Positions 37,543 to 46,461 of a DNA stretch of 64,000 bases are shown here, piece after piece (position 1 is the stretch's first letter; every line of letters starts with the position of its first letter). A program made the translations under genes and the position numbers. Source of the DNA: Deltaproteobacteria bacterium (lineage in GTDB: Bacteria; Myxococcota; Kuafuiibacteriia; Kuafuiibacteriales; Kuafuiibacteriaceae); NCBI GenBank assembly GCA_040218735.1, contig JAVJQW010000063.1:33345-97344 (forward strand), given 5' to 3'. Under the pieces are notes generated by a model. The model ran no database searches and had not been told where the DNA came from. It saw nothing but the letters and a program-made list of their open reading frames with translations.

Positions 37543-39728
37543 GCTTCACCAACCCACTCCTCCTCGCGGGGCTGATCGGCGCGCTGCTGCCGATCATCAT
37601 CCACCTGATCCACAAGCGCCGCCCGCGCGAGCAGAAGTTCGCGGCGATCGAGCTGGTGCTCCAGAGCGTGGAGCGCGTGGAGCGCCGCTGGCGGCTGCGT
37701 CGCATCATCCTCCTCGCGGCGCGGGTGCTCTTGCTCTCGGCGCTCGCGATCGCGGCGGCCGGACCGCTGCTCGGCGGCGCGAACGAGCTGGTGACGACAT
37801 CGTCGGGGCCGACGCGACTCGCGATCGTCGTCGACGGTTCGATGTCGATGCGCGCGCGCTACGACGGCGTCACCTCACTCGCGCGCGCGGTGACGCAAGC
37901 GCGCAACCTCGTGGACGCGATGGGCCCCGAGGACCAGGCGCTGATCGCGGTGGCGGAGCGTCGTCCGCGGCTGATGATGGAGCGGCCGACGCCCGACAAG
38001 GCGACGCTCTACCGCGCGCTCGACGCGATCGACGCCAGCTACGAACACGCCGATCTCGGGGAGGCGGTGTCGCTCGCGACGAAGGCGCTCGGCTCGCTCT
38101 CCGCGGAGGAGGCGCCGCCCGAAGGGGAGCTGCCGAAGCTCGCGGCGCGTGTCGTGGTGCTCTCGGATCTCGCGGAGCCCGCGTTCGGCGCGGCCGCGGA
38201 GCTCGCGGTGCCGGGTACGCAGTCGGCGGCGCAGCTCGAGCTGGTGGACGTGTTGGAGGGCATCGATCGCGAGCAGCGAAAGAACAGCGCCATCACGAAC
38301 GTCGAGACGCTGAACGTCCCCGGGGAGGCCCCGCGCACTGTGGAGGTTCGGGCGCGGATCGTGAGCCACGCGAAGGAGGCGAGCGAGGGCCCGCAGCCGC
38401 GCGACATCACGCTGCGTCGCTGGGACGAGGATCTGGTCGCGGGGAGCGTCGACGTGGTGCCGGGGACGATCGTCGACAAGGTGATGCGCTACGCGTTCCC
38501 GGAGCCGGGGCGGATGCCGGTGCGGGTGGTGCTGGAGGCCGACGCGCTCCTCGAAGACAACGTGCGCTACGCGATCGCAGACGTGCGGCGACAGGTGCGG
38601 ATGTTGATCGTCGACGGCGCCCCGTCGGGGGTTCCGAAGGAGGACGAGATCTTCTATCTGGAGCGCGCGCTCCAGGCGGGGGCGTCGGATCAGCCGCTGC
38701 CGCGCGTCATTACCGCGGACGATCTCTCTCGCGCGGATCTCGCGGCGTACGACGTCGTGATCCTCGCCGGTGTCCCCGCGTTCGCGCGCACCGACGGCGC
38801 GCGGCTCGCCGACTTCGTCGAGAAGGGCGGCGGCCTGATGATCACCGCGAGCGAGGATCTCGACACCGAGCTGTACAACGCCGAGCTCGGGCGGGTGCTG
38901 CCGCGTCCGCTCCGCGGGCTGAAGGTCGTGGACGCGGAGGCGGTCGGTTCGGGCGGTATCGTCGCGCTCGCGAACCCCGCGCTCGAGCACCCCGTCATGG
39001 AGGTCTTCTCGGGCGACGCGCTCGGCGGCCTCCTCTCCACGCGGACGTCGGCGTATCTGCTCCTGCAGCCGGGGGCCTCGCGGCCGATGCAGGTCCTCGT
39101 CGAGTACGACGACGGTCAGCCTGCGGTCGTCGAGGCGGACGCCGGGAAGGGTCGCGTCGTGTTGTGGACGACGTCGATCGACCGCGAGATGTCGGACTTC
39201 GCGATCCGCCCCGCGTTTGTTCCGCTGATGCGTCAACTCGTCTTGCGGCTGGGGCAGGCGCTCGGTCGCCCCGACACGCGCCACACCCTGGTCGGCGAGC
39301 CCCGGACCATCAACGTCCCCCGCGGTGCGATGGCGCTGCGCGTGACGGCGCCCGACGGGGCGGAGACCACGTGGGAGCAGTCGGAGCTGAACCAGGCGAC
39401 GATGCGCTTCGACGATACACACCTCCCCGGGAACTACGCGGCGGAGGTGAGCTTCACGGGGGCGTTCGAGCCGCTGCCGGCGGAGTCCTTCGTGGCGAAC
39501 GCCGACACTCGCGAGTCGGACCTGAGGCCGCTCTCGGTGGAGGAGGCCACGTCGATCCTCACGGGGACCTCCGAGGGGGCCACGGACGAGCAGATCTCGG
39601 CGCTGGCTCGCGCCCGCGCGCTGACCGGGGCGATGAGCCCCGAGACGCTGGTGGGGCTCCTGCTGATGCTGATGGTCCTCGCGTTCTTCGTGGAGAGCAT
39701 GATCACCGCGCAGCGGATCGGACGCTGA
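37539..39728 (+). CDS. BatA N-terminal domain, vWA and GATase1-like membrane protein
   Basis: MSFTNP...PIIIHLI (BatA), VVDGSMSM (MIDAS), YDVVIL...FVEKGGGL, ESDL and a C-terminal TM. Confidence 0.88.
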   Translation: MSFTNPLLLAGLIGALLPIIIHLIHKRRPREQKFAAIELVLQSVERVERRWRLRRIILLAARVLLLSALAIAAAGPLLGGANELVTTSSGPTRLAIVVDGSMSMRARYDGVTSLARAVTQARNLVDAMGPEDQALIAVAERRPRLMMERPTPDKATLYRALDAIDASYEHADLGEAVSLATKALGSLSAEEAPPEGELPKLAARVVVLSDLAEPAFGAAAELAVPGTQSAAQLELVDVLEGIDREQRKNSAITNVETLNVPGEAPRTVEVRARIVSHAKEASEGPQPRDITLRRWDEDLVAGSVDVVPGTIVDKVMRYAFPEPGRMPVRVVLEADALLEDNVRYAIADVRRQVRMLIVDGAPSGVPKEDEIFYLERALQAGASDQPLPRVITADDLSRADLAAYDVVILAGVPAFARTDGARLADFVEKGGGLMITASEDLDTELYNAELGRVLPRPLRGLKVVDAEAVGSGGIVALANPALEHPVMEVFSGDALGGLLSTRTSAYLLLQPGASRPMQVLVEYDDGQPAVVEADAGKGRVVLWTTSIDREMSDFAIRPAFVPLMRQLVLRLGQALGRPDTRHTLVGEPRTINVPRGAMALRVTAPDGAETTWEQSELNQATMRFDDTHLPGNYAAEVSFTGAFEPLPAESFVANADTRESDLRPLSVEEATSILTGTSEGATDEQISALARARALTGAMSPETLVGLLLMLMVLAFFVESMITAQRIGR

Positions 39729-39766
39729 TCCGCGTCACGCCCTGATATTGCGCTGGGTCTCGGCCG

Positions 39767-40336
39767 ATGGGATGGTCGATGAAGTCTACGATGCGTCGCT
39801 GGCGGTCCAGCCTGTTGGTGTTCTTTCTCCCCATCGCCATCACGTGCGGGGGACTGGACAACTTCCTGATCGAGGAGCAATCGCGTGCGGTGATCCAGAG
39901 TGGATCACTGCTCGAGCAGTTCGCGGGTGCGGCGGGCTTCGGTGAGTTCGCCACCGTCGACATCACGCAGAACCAGTCCCTGCAGAACCAGGGCGTCGAG
40001 CGGCATCAGATCGACTCGGTGAAGATCCTGTCCCTCACGATGACGATCGTGGATCCGCAGGGCGAGGACTTCACGTTCCTCGACTCCATCGAGTTCTTCG
40101 TGGAGGCCGACGGCCTCCCCAAGGTTTCGATCGCCACCGGCGGGCCCTTCCCGTCGGGTGCGTCGACCGTCGAGCTCACCATCCCCGACCAGGACCTCGC
40201 GGACTACGCGGCGTCCGAGTCGATGAACATCACGACCGAGGCGCGCGGGCGCCGACCGGACCAGGACACCACGATCGACGCGAACCTCATGCTCGATGTC
40301 GACGTGAACGTGGAAGGCGCAGCCTGCGGAGGCTAA
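39767..40336 (+). CDS. Hypothetical exported/lipoprotein
   Basis: A hydrophobic stretch ending IAITCG, then an acidic beta-rich body. Start uncertain. Confidence 0.7.
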   Translation: MGWSMKSTMRRWRSSLLVFFLPIAITCGGLDNFLIEEQSRAVIQSGSLLEQFAGAAGFGEFATVDITQNQSLQNQGVERHQIDSVKILSLTMTIVDPQGEDFTFLDSIEFFVEADGLPKVSIATGGPFPSGASTVELTIPDQDLADYAASESMNITTEARGRRPDQDTTIDANLMLDVDVNVEGAACGG

Positions 40337-40346
40337 GACCCGTTCG

Positions 40347-41111
40347 ATGGCCGCAGGACACTTCATTTGGCACGAGCTGCTCACGCGCGACGTGCAAGCC
40401 GCGAAGAAGTTCTACGGCCAGCTCCTGGGCTGGAAGGCGTCGTCGTTCGCCATCGGCGACCTGGGTGACTACACGATCTTCATGGACGGCGACCGCCCGG
40501 CCGGGGGGATCGTCGAGCTCCGGAATCGGTGGGCCCCCGCGAACTGGACCCCTTACGTTCGCTGCGACGACATCGCCCGCGCCGCGAAGGACGCGGTGTT
40601 CTGGGGCGGCAACATCACCGGTGGCCCCGTGAAGGTGCCCGGCGCCGGCGAGGTGCTGATGATCGTCGACAACCAGGGCGCGGCGCTCACGTTGATGCGC
40701 CCCGAAGATCCGAAGAAGTACCCGCCGGCCAAGCTGCGCGTGGGCGCGTTCTGCAACCACGTCCTCAACGCACGCGACATCAAACGCGCCGACGACTTCT
40801 ACAACAAACTCTTCGGCTGGAAGCTCAAGATGGTCGACGTCGGGCTGCCGAAGAAGGCGATGGTCTTCGTACACGAGCGGACGCGCGTCGCGACGCTCCA
40901 CCGTCTCGCGGAGGACGCCAACGAGCCGAACAGCTGGCTGTGCGGCGTCGGCGTGAAGGGCCTCCCGGGCGTGCACCAGCGCGCGGTGGGGATGGGCGCG
41001 AAGTCCCTCGTCCCTCCGCGGCGCGGCGGGAAACTCGGGGCGATGGACGTCCTCTTGGACCCGACCGGCGCCGTGTTCAGCCTCTACGAGCCGGCGAGCT
41101 CGCGCCGCTGA
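40347..41111 (+). CDS. Two-domain VOC/glyoxalase family protein
   Basis: FIWHELLTRD...KFYGQLLGW...WTPYV; a second repeat FYNKLFGW...DPTGAVF. Confidence 0.9.
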   Translation: MAAGHFIWHELLTRDVQAAKKFYGQLLGWKASSFAIGDLGDYTIFMDGDRPAGGIVELRNRWAPANWTPYVRCDDIARAAKDAVFWGGNITGGPVKVPGAGEVLMIVDNQGAALTLMRPEDPKKYPPAKLRVGAFCNHVLNARDIKRADDFYNKLFGWKLKMVDVGLPKKAMVFVHERTRVATLHRLAEDANEPNSWLCGVGVKGLPGVHQRAVGMGAKSLVPPRRGGKLGAMDVLLDPTGAVFSLYEPASSRR

Positions 41112-41200
41112 GCGGCAAGGCCTGCCGTCGGCCAGTCCGGGAGCGGCAGGGCTCGCGGATCGGTGCGGGTCGGGTCACGTCGTCTGGCGAGGTTCGGCGT

Positions 41201-41216
41201 TGGCATCGGACGTGCT
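41201..41216 (+). promoter_or_regulatory. Putative sigma54 promoter TGGCATCGGACGTGCT
   Basis: Exact GG-N10-GC spacing, 12 nt before ATG 41229. An inverted repeat CCTGCCG/CGGCAGG at 41121-41150 could be an activator site. Confidence 0.55.
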
Positions 41217-41228
41217 CCTACGTCGGGC

Positions 41229-42050
41229 ATGACTCGCATCGAAGCCCGAGCCCCCGCCCTTCCACCGCCGAGCGCCGCGTCCTCGCCTCGGATCGCGCAG
41301 GCCACCGAGCCCGTCGATTCGGGTGACCGCGCCGAGAAACACCCTGGCGTGAACGGCGTGCGTGAGGCCGTGCACGATCGCCTGCCGCAGCTCGACCTCG
41401 GACCCCTCGATCTGGGGGATCTCGACGGTGCCTTTCAGACGCCGCTCGCGACGCACCTGTCGGGCGCGCGCGACCGGATCGAACGGAGCTTCGGGGAGCG
41501 ACTGTCGCCGCGGCAACACAAACTTCTGAAGACGCTGGAGGAACGCACGTCGCACCTCGAAGGCGCCGAGTTCGCCGAGGCGCGCGCCGCGTACGCGAAG
41601 AAGCTCGACACCCAGGTCGACGACACGGTCGTCGCGTTCGTCGACGAAGATCGGATCGTCACCAGCAAGGACGATGCGCACACGCTCACGCACGAAGCGG
41701 TGCACCTCGTCGGCGACGAGGACTTCTCGAAGTTCTTCGGTGCCGAGATCTCCGAAGGGGTGACGGAGTACCTCGCGCTGCGTGCGCTGCGTGGCGACGC
41801 GGAGGGGCAGTCGAGCATCTCGAAGGCGTTCGAGAAGGCGCAGCTCTACCCGGACGAGGTGCGGACGATCGAAGGCGCCGTGAAGCGGGGCTTCGTGAGC
41901 GACGATCTCCTGGAGCGGGCGTACCTCTCGGACGATCAGGTCGCGCGCGCGAAGCTGTTCGTCGGCCTCGAGCGGGCGGGTGTGAAGATCGACAGCGAGA
42001 TGGCGAAGGAGCCGGGGATGGTCGACTTGGTCCGAACCCTCGGGAAGTAG
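41229..42050 (+). CDS. Hypothetical protein with an HExxH...EG gluzincin-like motif
   Basis: LTHEAVHL...ISEGVTEYLA, with a P/A/S-rich N-terminus lacking a Sec signal. Confidence 0.6.
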   Translation: MTRIEARAPALPPPSAASSPRIAQATEPVDSGDRAEKHPGVNGVREAVHDRLPQLDLGPLDLGDLDGAFQTPLATHLSGARDRIERSFGERLSPRQHKLLKTLEERTSHLEGAEFAEARAAYAKKLDTQVDDTVVAFVDEDRIVTSKDDAHTLTHEAVHLVGDEDFSKFFGAEISEGVTEYLALRALRGDAEGQSSISKAFEKAQLYPDEVRTIEGAVKRGFVSDDLLERAYLSDDQVARAKLFVGLERAGVKIDSEMAKEPGMVDLVRTLGK

Positions 42051-42052
42051 CG

Positions 42053-44989
42053 CTACTGGCAGGCGGCGGCGTAGCGGATCGTCACGTCGGCGCCGGGCGC
42101 GATCAACGCCTCCGAGATCGTCACGCGCCGGTTGAAGGCGTCGTAGTCGTACTCGGTGTTCGGCAGGAGCACGAGCCCGTCGACCTCGACGACCAGCGGC
42201 AACACCGGCGGCGCCGTGAGCGGGAACGATCGTGTGAATCCGAAGGCCCGCGTCCCGAGGTCGGTCATCATCCGCGACAGGTCCGCTCCGCAGAGTGAAT
42301 CCACGATGCCCCCGGTCGCTCGCGCGACTTCGATCTGACGGTTGGTCACCGGGCTCCCCGGTCCGTTGCAGAGCGGCGGCGATAGATCCGCCAACGCGGA
42401 GGCCGAGACCGAGAACGGGCGACCGGGCTTGAGGGCCCGGAGGAAGTCGGCGTACAGGCCGGACGTGTGCGGCGACTGCTCCTCCTCGGAGTCGATCATG
42501 TAGATGACGTTGAGCGAAGCCTCCGGACGGAGGAAGCCGAGGTTGTAGCCGGTGAGTGATGCGCCCGAGAGCCCGAGCACCGAGGTCCACAGACCCATCT
42601 CGACGCTCGATGCGCCCATCGGAGGGTCCAACGCCATGTAGAGGAGGCCGCTCGGGTTCCGCGAGGCGCGCGTGATGATCTTGTTCGCGGCCGCCCCACC
42701 CGAGTTGTTCCCGCCGCTCGGGTGGATGAGTCGACCCAAGTCACCCGCGTCCGCGGTGATGACGCCGACCTGATAGTCGACCGTATTCGACTCGACGTAG
42801 CTCAGGAACTCGTTGACGGCCTTGGCCATCGCGGCGCGCTCCGTGGACATCGAGCCGCTCGTGTCGAGCACGAACAGGACGTCCGCGGGGCCTTTGCCGA
42901 CGTCGGTGAACGCGTCGACCTGCTGCCCGTTCGGAGCGCGTGCGCCACGGAGGCTCACGTAGCGGACGAGCGCGCCGTCGCCGTCGGTGGCGTCGATGCG
43001 GATCGCGCCCGCGTGGTCGCCGCTGGATCGCGGTTGGTACGTCGCGTCGAACACGAGCGACGCGCCCGGCGCGAGCTCGACGGGGAGGGTGGGGAGCGTG
43101 ACCGAGAAGTCGGCGTCGGCCTCGACAGTGATCGCGTCGACGTCGAGCGGAACGGCGCTCGCGTTGTGGAGGCGAATCGATCGCGTGGGCGTCGTGCACG
43201 TCCCTGGCACTCGACCGAACCGCACCTCGGAGGGTTCGACGACGAGCGGGCGCTCTTGCGCCGCCCCCGCCAGACCGATCACGGGGATCGGCGTCTCGGT
43301 GCTCGACACCCACAGCAGGACCTCGCCGGTCGACGACGCGGCGGCGCGCGGGGTGTACGCGACCTCGATGGCGTGTGACTCGCCCGCCGGGACGAGCACG
43401 GAGTCGGGGGGGTCGACCAGCGCGAAGGGGGCGTCCGTGCCCGGCTGGAGCGCGGCCTGATTCACGAGGCAGTCGGACTGCCCCGTGTTGCGGAGCTCGA
43501 CGGCACGCGTGTGCGTTCGTTCGAGTGGCGCGTTCCCGAAGTCGATCGACGAGGGGGAGAGCGCATAGGAGCACGACGGGAGGTCGACGCCCTCGCCGCG
43601 CAGACACACGGTGATCGCCGGCTCGTCGGGATCGTTCACGAGGATCGTCATCGAGGACTCGTAGGGCCCGGCTTGGGGCGGCGCGAACTCGACGTGGAAC
43701 GAGAGCGCATCGCCCGGTTGCAGCACCGCAGCCTGGGCGTTCGGGGAGCTGAAGGCTCCGGTGCCCTCGACGTCCACGTTGACCTGCGTGACCTCCCCCG
43801 GACCGACGCCACCGTTGCGCAGCAGCACGCTCCGCTGGACGGGGACGCGCGTCGACACCCGTCCGAAGTCGATGCACCCGGTGGGCAGGGCCTCGATGTC
43901 CGGGCCTCCGCCGTCTCCTTCGAGGGGGACGTTCAGGTAGCGATGGACCGGGTCGGCGTTCGTCGTCTCGATGGAGAGCTGCGCGGTCTTCTGTCCGAGG
44001 GACGTCGGGCAGAAGGCGACCTCGATCTCGAAGCTCTCACCTTCTTCCAGGACGACGCGTGCGGACGGGGTCTCGGCTTCGAACGTTTCGTCGTTGCTCG
44101 GACCCGACGGGACGACCTGCCACCCCGCGACGGTCACCGTTTCGTTCGCGAGGTTCTCGCAGGTCACGCGCTCGAAGGCGCAGTAGCCGGGGGAGACGCT
44201 CGCGAAGTCGAGGATCTCCGGAGTACATCGGAGCCCGGACTCGACGCCGAGCCCGGACACGATGATCTCGGTCTCACACTCGGGGCGGTCGCAATGAGCG
44301 AGCACGAAGGAGCCACGTTCGCGTGTGCCGGCGATCGTCGGCGAGAACGTGACTTCGAGATCGAGGTGGGCGCCCGGTTCGATGACGATCGATCCGCTTC
44401 CGGCTTCGAGACAGAATGTCGCCGGGTCGTTCGTGAGGATGCAGTCGCGGACGTTTGTCTCCCGGATGATCTCGAGGGTCAGCGGTTCCGAGTCGCAGTT
44501 GTCGATCGGTACGGTCAGGACGTCGCGCGTGCCGACGACGACGTTGCCGAACGACAGCTCGCTCCCGTCGATCATCGGGTCGCAGAAGGACGCTTGTCCC
44601 TCGCCCTGCGCGTCGACCGAGGCCAACGGAGAGCCGTCGGTGGGGACGAAGTCGAAGGTGGCCTCCACGACCCCCTCGGCCTCCGGCTCGAACGCGAGCT
44701 CGAGGCGTTCGGAGGCGCCGGCCGCCAAGGTGAGTTTGGATTCGAGCGCCCAGATGTCCGGGTGGCCGTCCGGGCGTCGGACGATGTCGACGACGAGCTC
44801 GGTGCTGCGTCGGTTCCGAACGGTGACCTCTTGGAGGTCGAACGCACCGACACGTACTCGACCGAAGTCGATCTCGGCTGGTTTGACGGTCACCCAGCCG
44901 CCGAGCGGGAGCTCGTCTTCCGTGCAGCCGGTCGTCGTGGTGATGAGGAGTGCGAAAGTGAAGAGTCGGAGTCGTTTGTTCCTGTGCAA
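42053..44989 (-). CDS. Surface lipoprotein with multiple ASH/choice-of-anchor D Ig domains and a C-terminal vWA domain
   Basis: Lipobox TTGC; repeated P..(I/L)DFG.V...V.(V/L)RN.G motifs; DVLFVLDTSGSM MIDAS. Confidence 0.85.
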   Translation of the reverse strand: MHRNKRLRLFTFALLITTTTGCTEDELPLGGWVTVKPAEIDFGRVRVGAFDLQEVTVRNRRSTELVVDIVRRPDGHPDIWALESKLTLAAGASERLELAFEPEAEGVVEATFDFVPTDGSPLASVDAQGEGQASFCDPMIDGSELSFGNVVVGTRDVLTVPIDNCDSEPLTLEIIRETNVRDCILTNDPATFCLEAGSGSIVIEPGAHLDLEVTFSPTIAGTRERGSFVLAHCDRPECETEIIVSGLGVESGLRCTPEILDFASVSPGYCAFERVTCENLANETVTVAGWQVVPSGPSNDETFEAETPSARVVLEEGESFEIEVAFCPTSLGQKTAQLSIETTNADPVHRYLNVPLEGDGGGPDIEALPTGCIDFGRVSTRVPVQRSVLLRNGGVGPGEVTQVNVDVEGTGAFSSPNAQAAVLQPGDALSFHVEFAPPQAGPYESSMTILVNDPDEPAITVCLRGEGVDLPSCSYALSPSSIDFGNAPLERTHTRAVELRNTGQSDCLVNQAALQPGTDAPFALVDPPDSVLVPAGESHAIEVAYTPRAAASSTGEVLLWVSSTETPIPVIGLAGAAQERPLVVEPSEVRFGRVPGTCTTPTRSIRLHNASAVPLDVDAITVEADADFSVTLPTLPVELAPGASLVFDATYQPRSSGDHAGAIRIDATDGDGALVRYVSLRGARAPNGQQVDAFTDVGKGPADVLFVLDTSGSMSTERAAMAKAVNEFLSYVESNTVDYQVGVITADAGDLGRLIHPSGGNNSGGAAANKIITRASRNPSGLLYMALDPPMGASSVEMGLWTSVLGLSGASLTGYNLGFLRPEASLNVIYMIDSEEEQSPHTSGLYADFLRALKPGRPFSVSASALADLSPPLCNGPGSPVTNRQIEVARATGGIVDSLCGADLSRMMTDLGTRAFGFTRSFPLTAPPVLPLVVEVDGLVLLPNTEYDYDAFNRRVTISEALIAPGADVTIRYAAACQ

Positions 44990-45081
44990 ATCCAGGGACC
45001 TCTTTGCGTGCGAGACAAAAAGGTTGGTTGCGTGCGCGAGGGAAGACTAGACGATTCGGTCCGAGCTGGCCAGCGTTCGCT

Positions 45082-46299
45082 TCAGAAGAACTGGCCGACG
45101 TTGATGTACAGACCGCTCGTCCCTTGCGTGGGTGAGTAGCCGTAGTCGGCGCGGATCACGAACGTCTCGCCCCAGTGGTAGCGCAGCCCGACGCCGGTCC
45201 CCAGCTCGAACGCCGAGAAGGGCGTGTCGAGCGGCGCGCCGTCCACGACGACCTCGGACCAGTCCGACCACACGCGCCCGACGTCCGCGAAGAAGACGGC
45301 GCCGACGCGGTGGCGGACTTCGCCGAGGTGATAGGAGAGGAGCTGACTCCGCAGCTCGAGGTTCAACAGCGCTTTGAGTTTGCCGTGGAAGCGTTGGAGC
45401 AGGATGCCGCGGAGTGAGCGGCCGCCGCCCGGGGCGTCACGTCGCGCGAGCGCGCCGATACCGCTCAGCTCGTAGAACGGTGGGTCGCCGACGATGAGGT
45501 CGACGTCGGCGCGCACGGCTGCGACCAACCGCTCCTTCCACAACGCGGCGAACCAACTGGAGCCGAGGTAGAGCGCCGCGAGTTGGGCGTCATCGCCGGC
45601 GGCTTTCGCGAGGCGCACGGAGAGCTCGGTGAAGGTCCCGCGCGTGGGTGCGAACTCGTCGTCGCGGGTGTCCCAGAGCAGCCCGGTGTGGAGCTGGACG
45701 AGGAGGTGATCGTCGAGGCCGTGCAGGTGCGGCTCGAGCTCGGGGTCGACGATGTCCCGCGAGAGGAGGCTGCCGTCGTAGGGGCGGGTGAGGTTGTACG
45801 TGATGCGTGTGCCGACGAGCAGCTCGAGGCGTCGCTTCCCGACGTCGACCGGCGTGTCGACCAGCGCGTAGCGCCCGTTGACGAGGAGGCTCGGGAAGAT
45901 GCGGTCGTAGCGGTAGAACTTCGGCGGCGCGTCCGCGCGTTCTTCGGCGGCGCTCCCGAGGCCGTACCAGCCGGCGTTCGAGAAGCGCCGGAAGGCAGCT
46001 TCGCCGTTCACGCGCAGCGCGGGAGAGACGAAGCCCGGGAAGTCGAATTGGAGGTAGTGCGCCTGGAACGGGATCTCCAGGTCGCCGGTCTCACTCTCCT
46101 TCGCCGCGGCGTAGAGTTGAAGCTGGAGTCGCCACGCGTAGGGAACGTGGTTCGGCGACAGCTTGGCGACGTTGCCGATCGCACCGAACCCAAACCCGAG
46201 ATCCGAGTCGTAGTTGATGGCGGGGACGCCGCCCCACTCCAGGCGGTTCGGGTTGGGCGCTGCGGCGAGCGCGACCAGGATGAGCAGCCCGCCGTTCAC
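45082..46299 (-). CDS. Omp85/BamA-TamA family outer-membrane beta-barrel lacking POTRA domains
   Basis: P..NYDSDLGFG, WDTRDDEFAPTRG, GG.RSLRG, and a C-terminal GVGLRY...IRADYG...YINVGQFF. The start is probably GTG 46299. Confidence 0.85.
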   Translation of the reverse strand: MNGGLLILVALAAAPNPNRLEWGGVPAINYDSDLGFGFGAIGNVAKLSPNHVPYAWRLQLQLYAAAKESETGDLEIPFQAHYLQFDFPGFVSPALRVNGEAAFRRFSNAGWYGLGSAAEERADAPPKFYRYDRIFPSLLVNGRYALVDTPVDVGKRRLELLVGTRITYNLTRPYDGSLLSRDIVDPELEPHLHGLDDHLLVQLHTGLLWDTRDDEFAPTRGTFTELSVRLAKAAGDDAQLAALYLGSSWFAALWKERLVAAVRADVDLIVGDPPFYELSGIGALARRDAPGGGRSLRGILLQRFHGKLKALLNLELRSQLLSYHLGEVRHRVGAVFFADVGRVWSDWSEVVVDGAPLDTPFSAFELGTGVGLRYHWGETFVIRADYGYSPTQGTSGLYINVGQFF

Positions 46300-46431
46300 G
46301 CAGAGAACCCGGTGGGTGTGATGAAGGACATGGTACTGAAGTCTACGGTGAACAGCGTAAGTGGGGTGGCGAGTCGGCACTCACGCGGTCGCAGTCGTCA
46401 CCCGCGCGCGAAAACGCAGGTACACTTTCGG

Positions 46432-46447
46432 CGGCACATGATCTGCA
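46432..46447 (+). promoter_or_regulatory. Putative sigma54 promoter CGGCACATGATCTGCA
   Basis: GG-N10-GC with a GGCAC/TGCA consensus, 14 nt upstream of ATG 46462. Confidence 0.55.
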
Positions 46448-46461
46448 AAATAGTGTCGCCC

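Noticed and set aside
45004-45036. Direct repeat TTGCGTGCG with a 24-bp period upstream of the ASH/vWA gene
   Set aside because: Only two 9-bp GC-rich copies and no matching regulator in view; cannot be told apart from chance.
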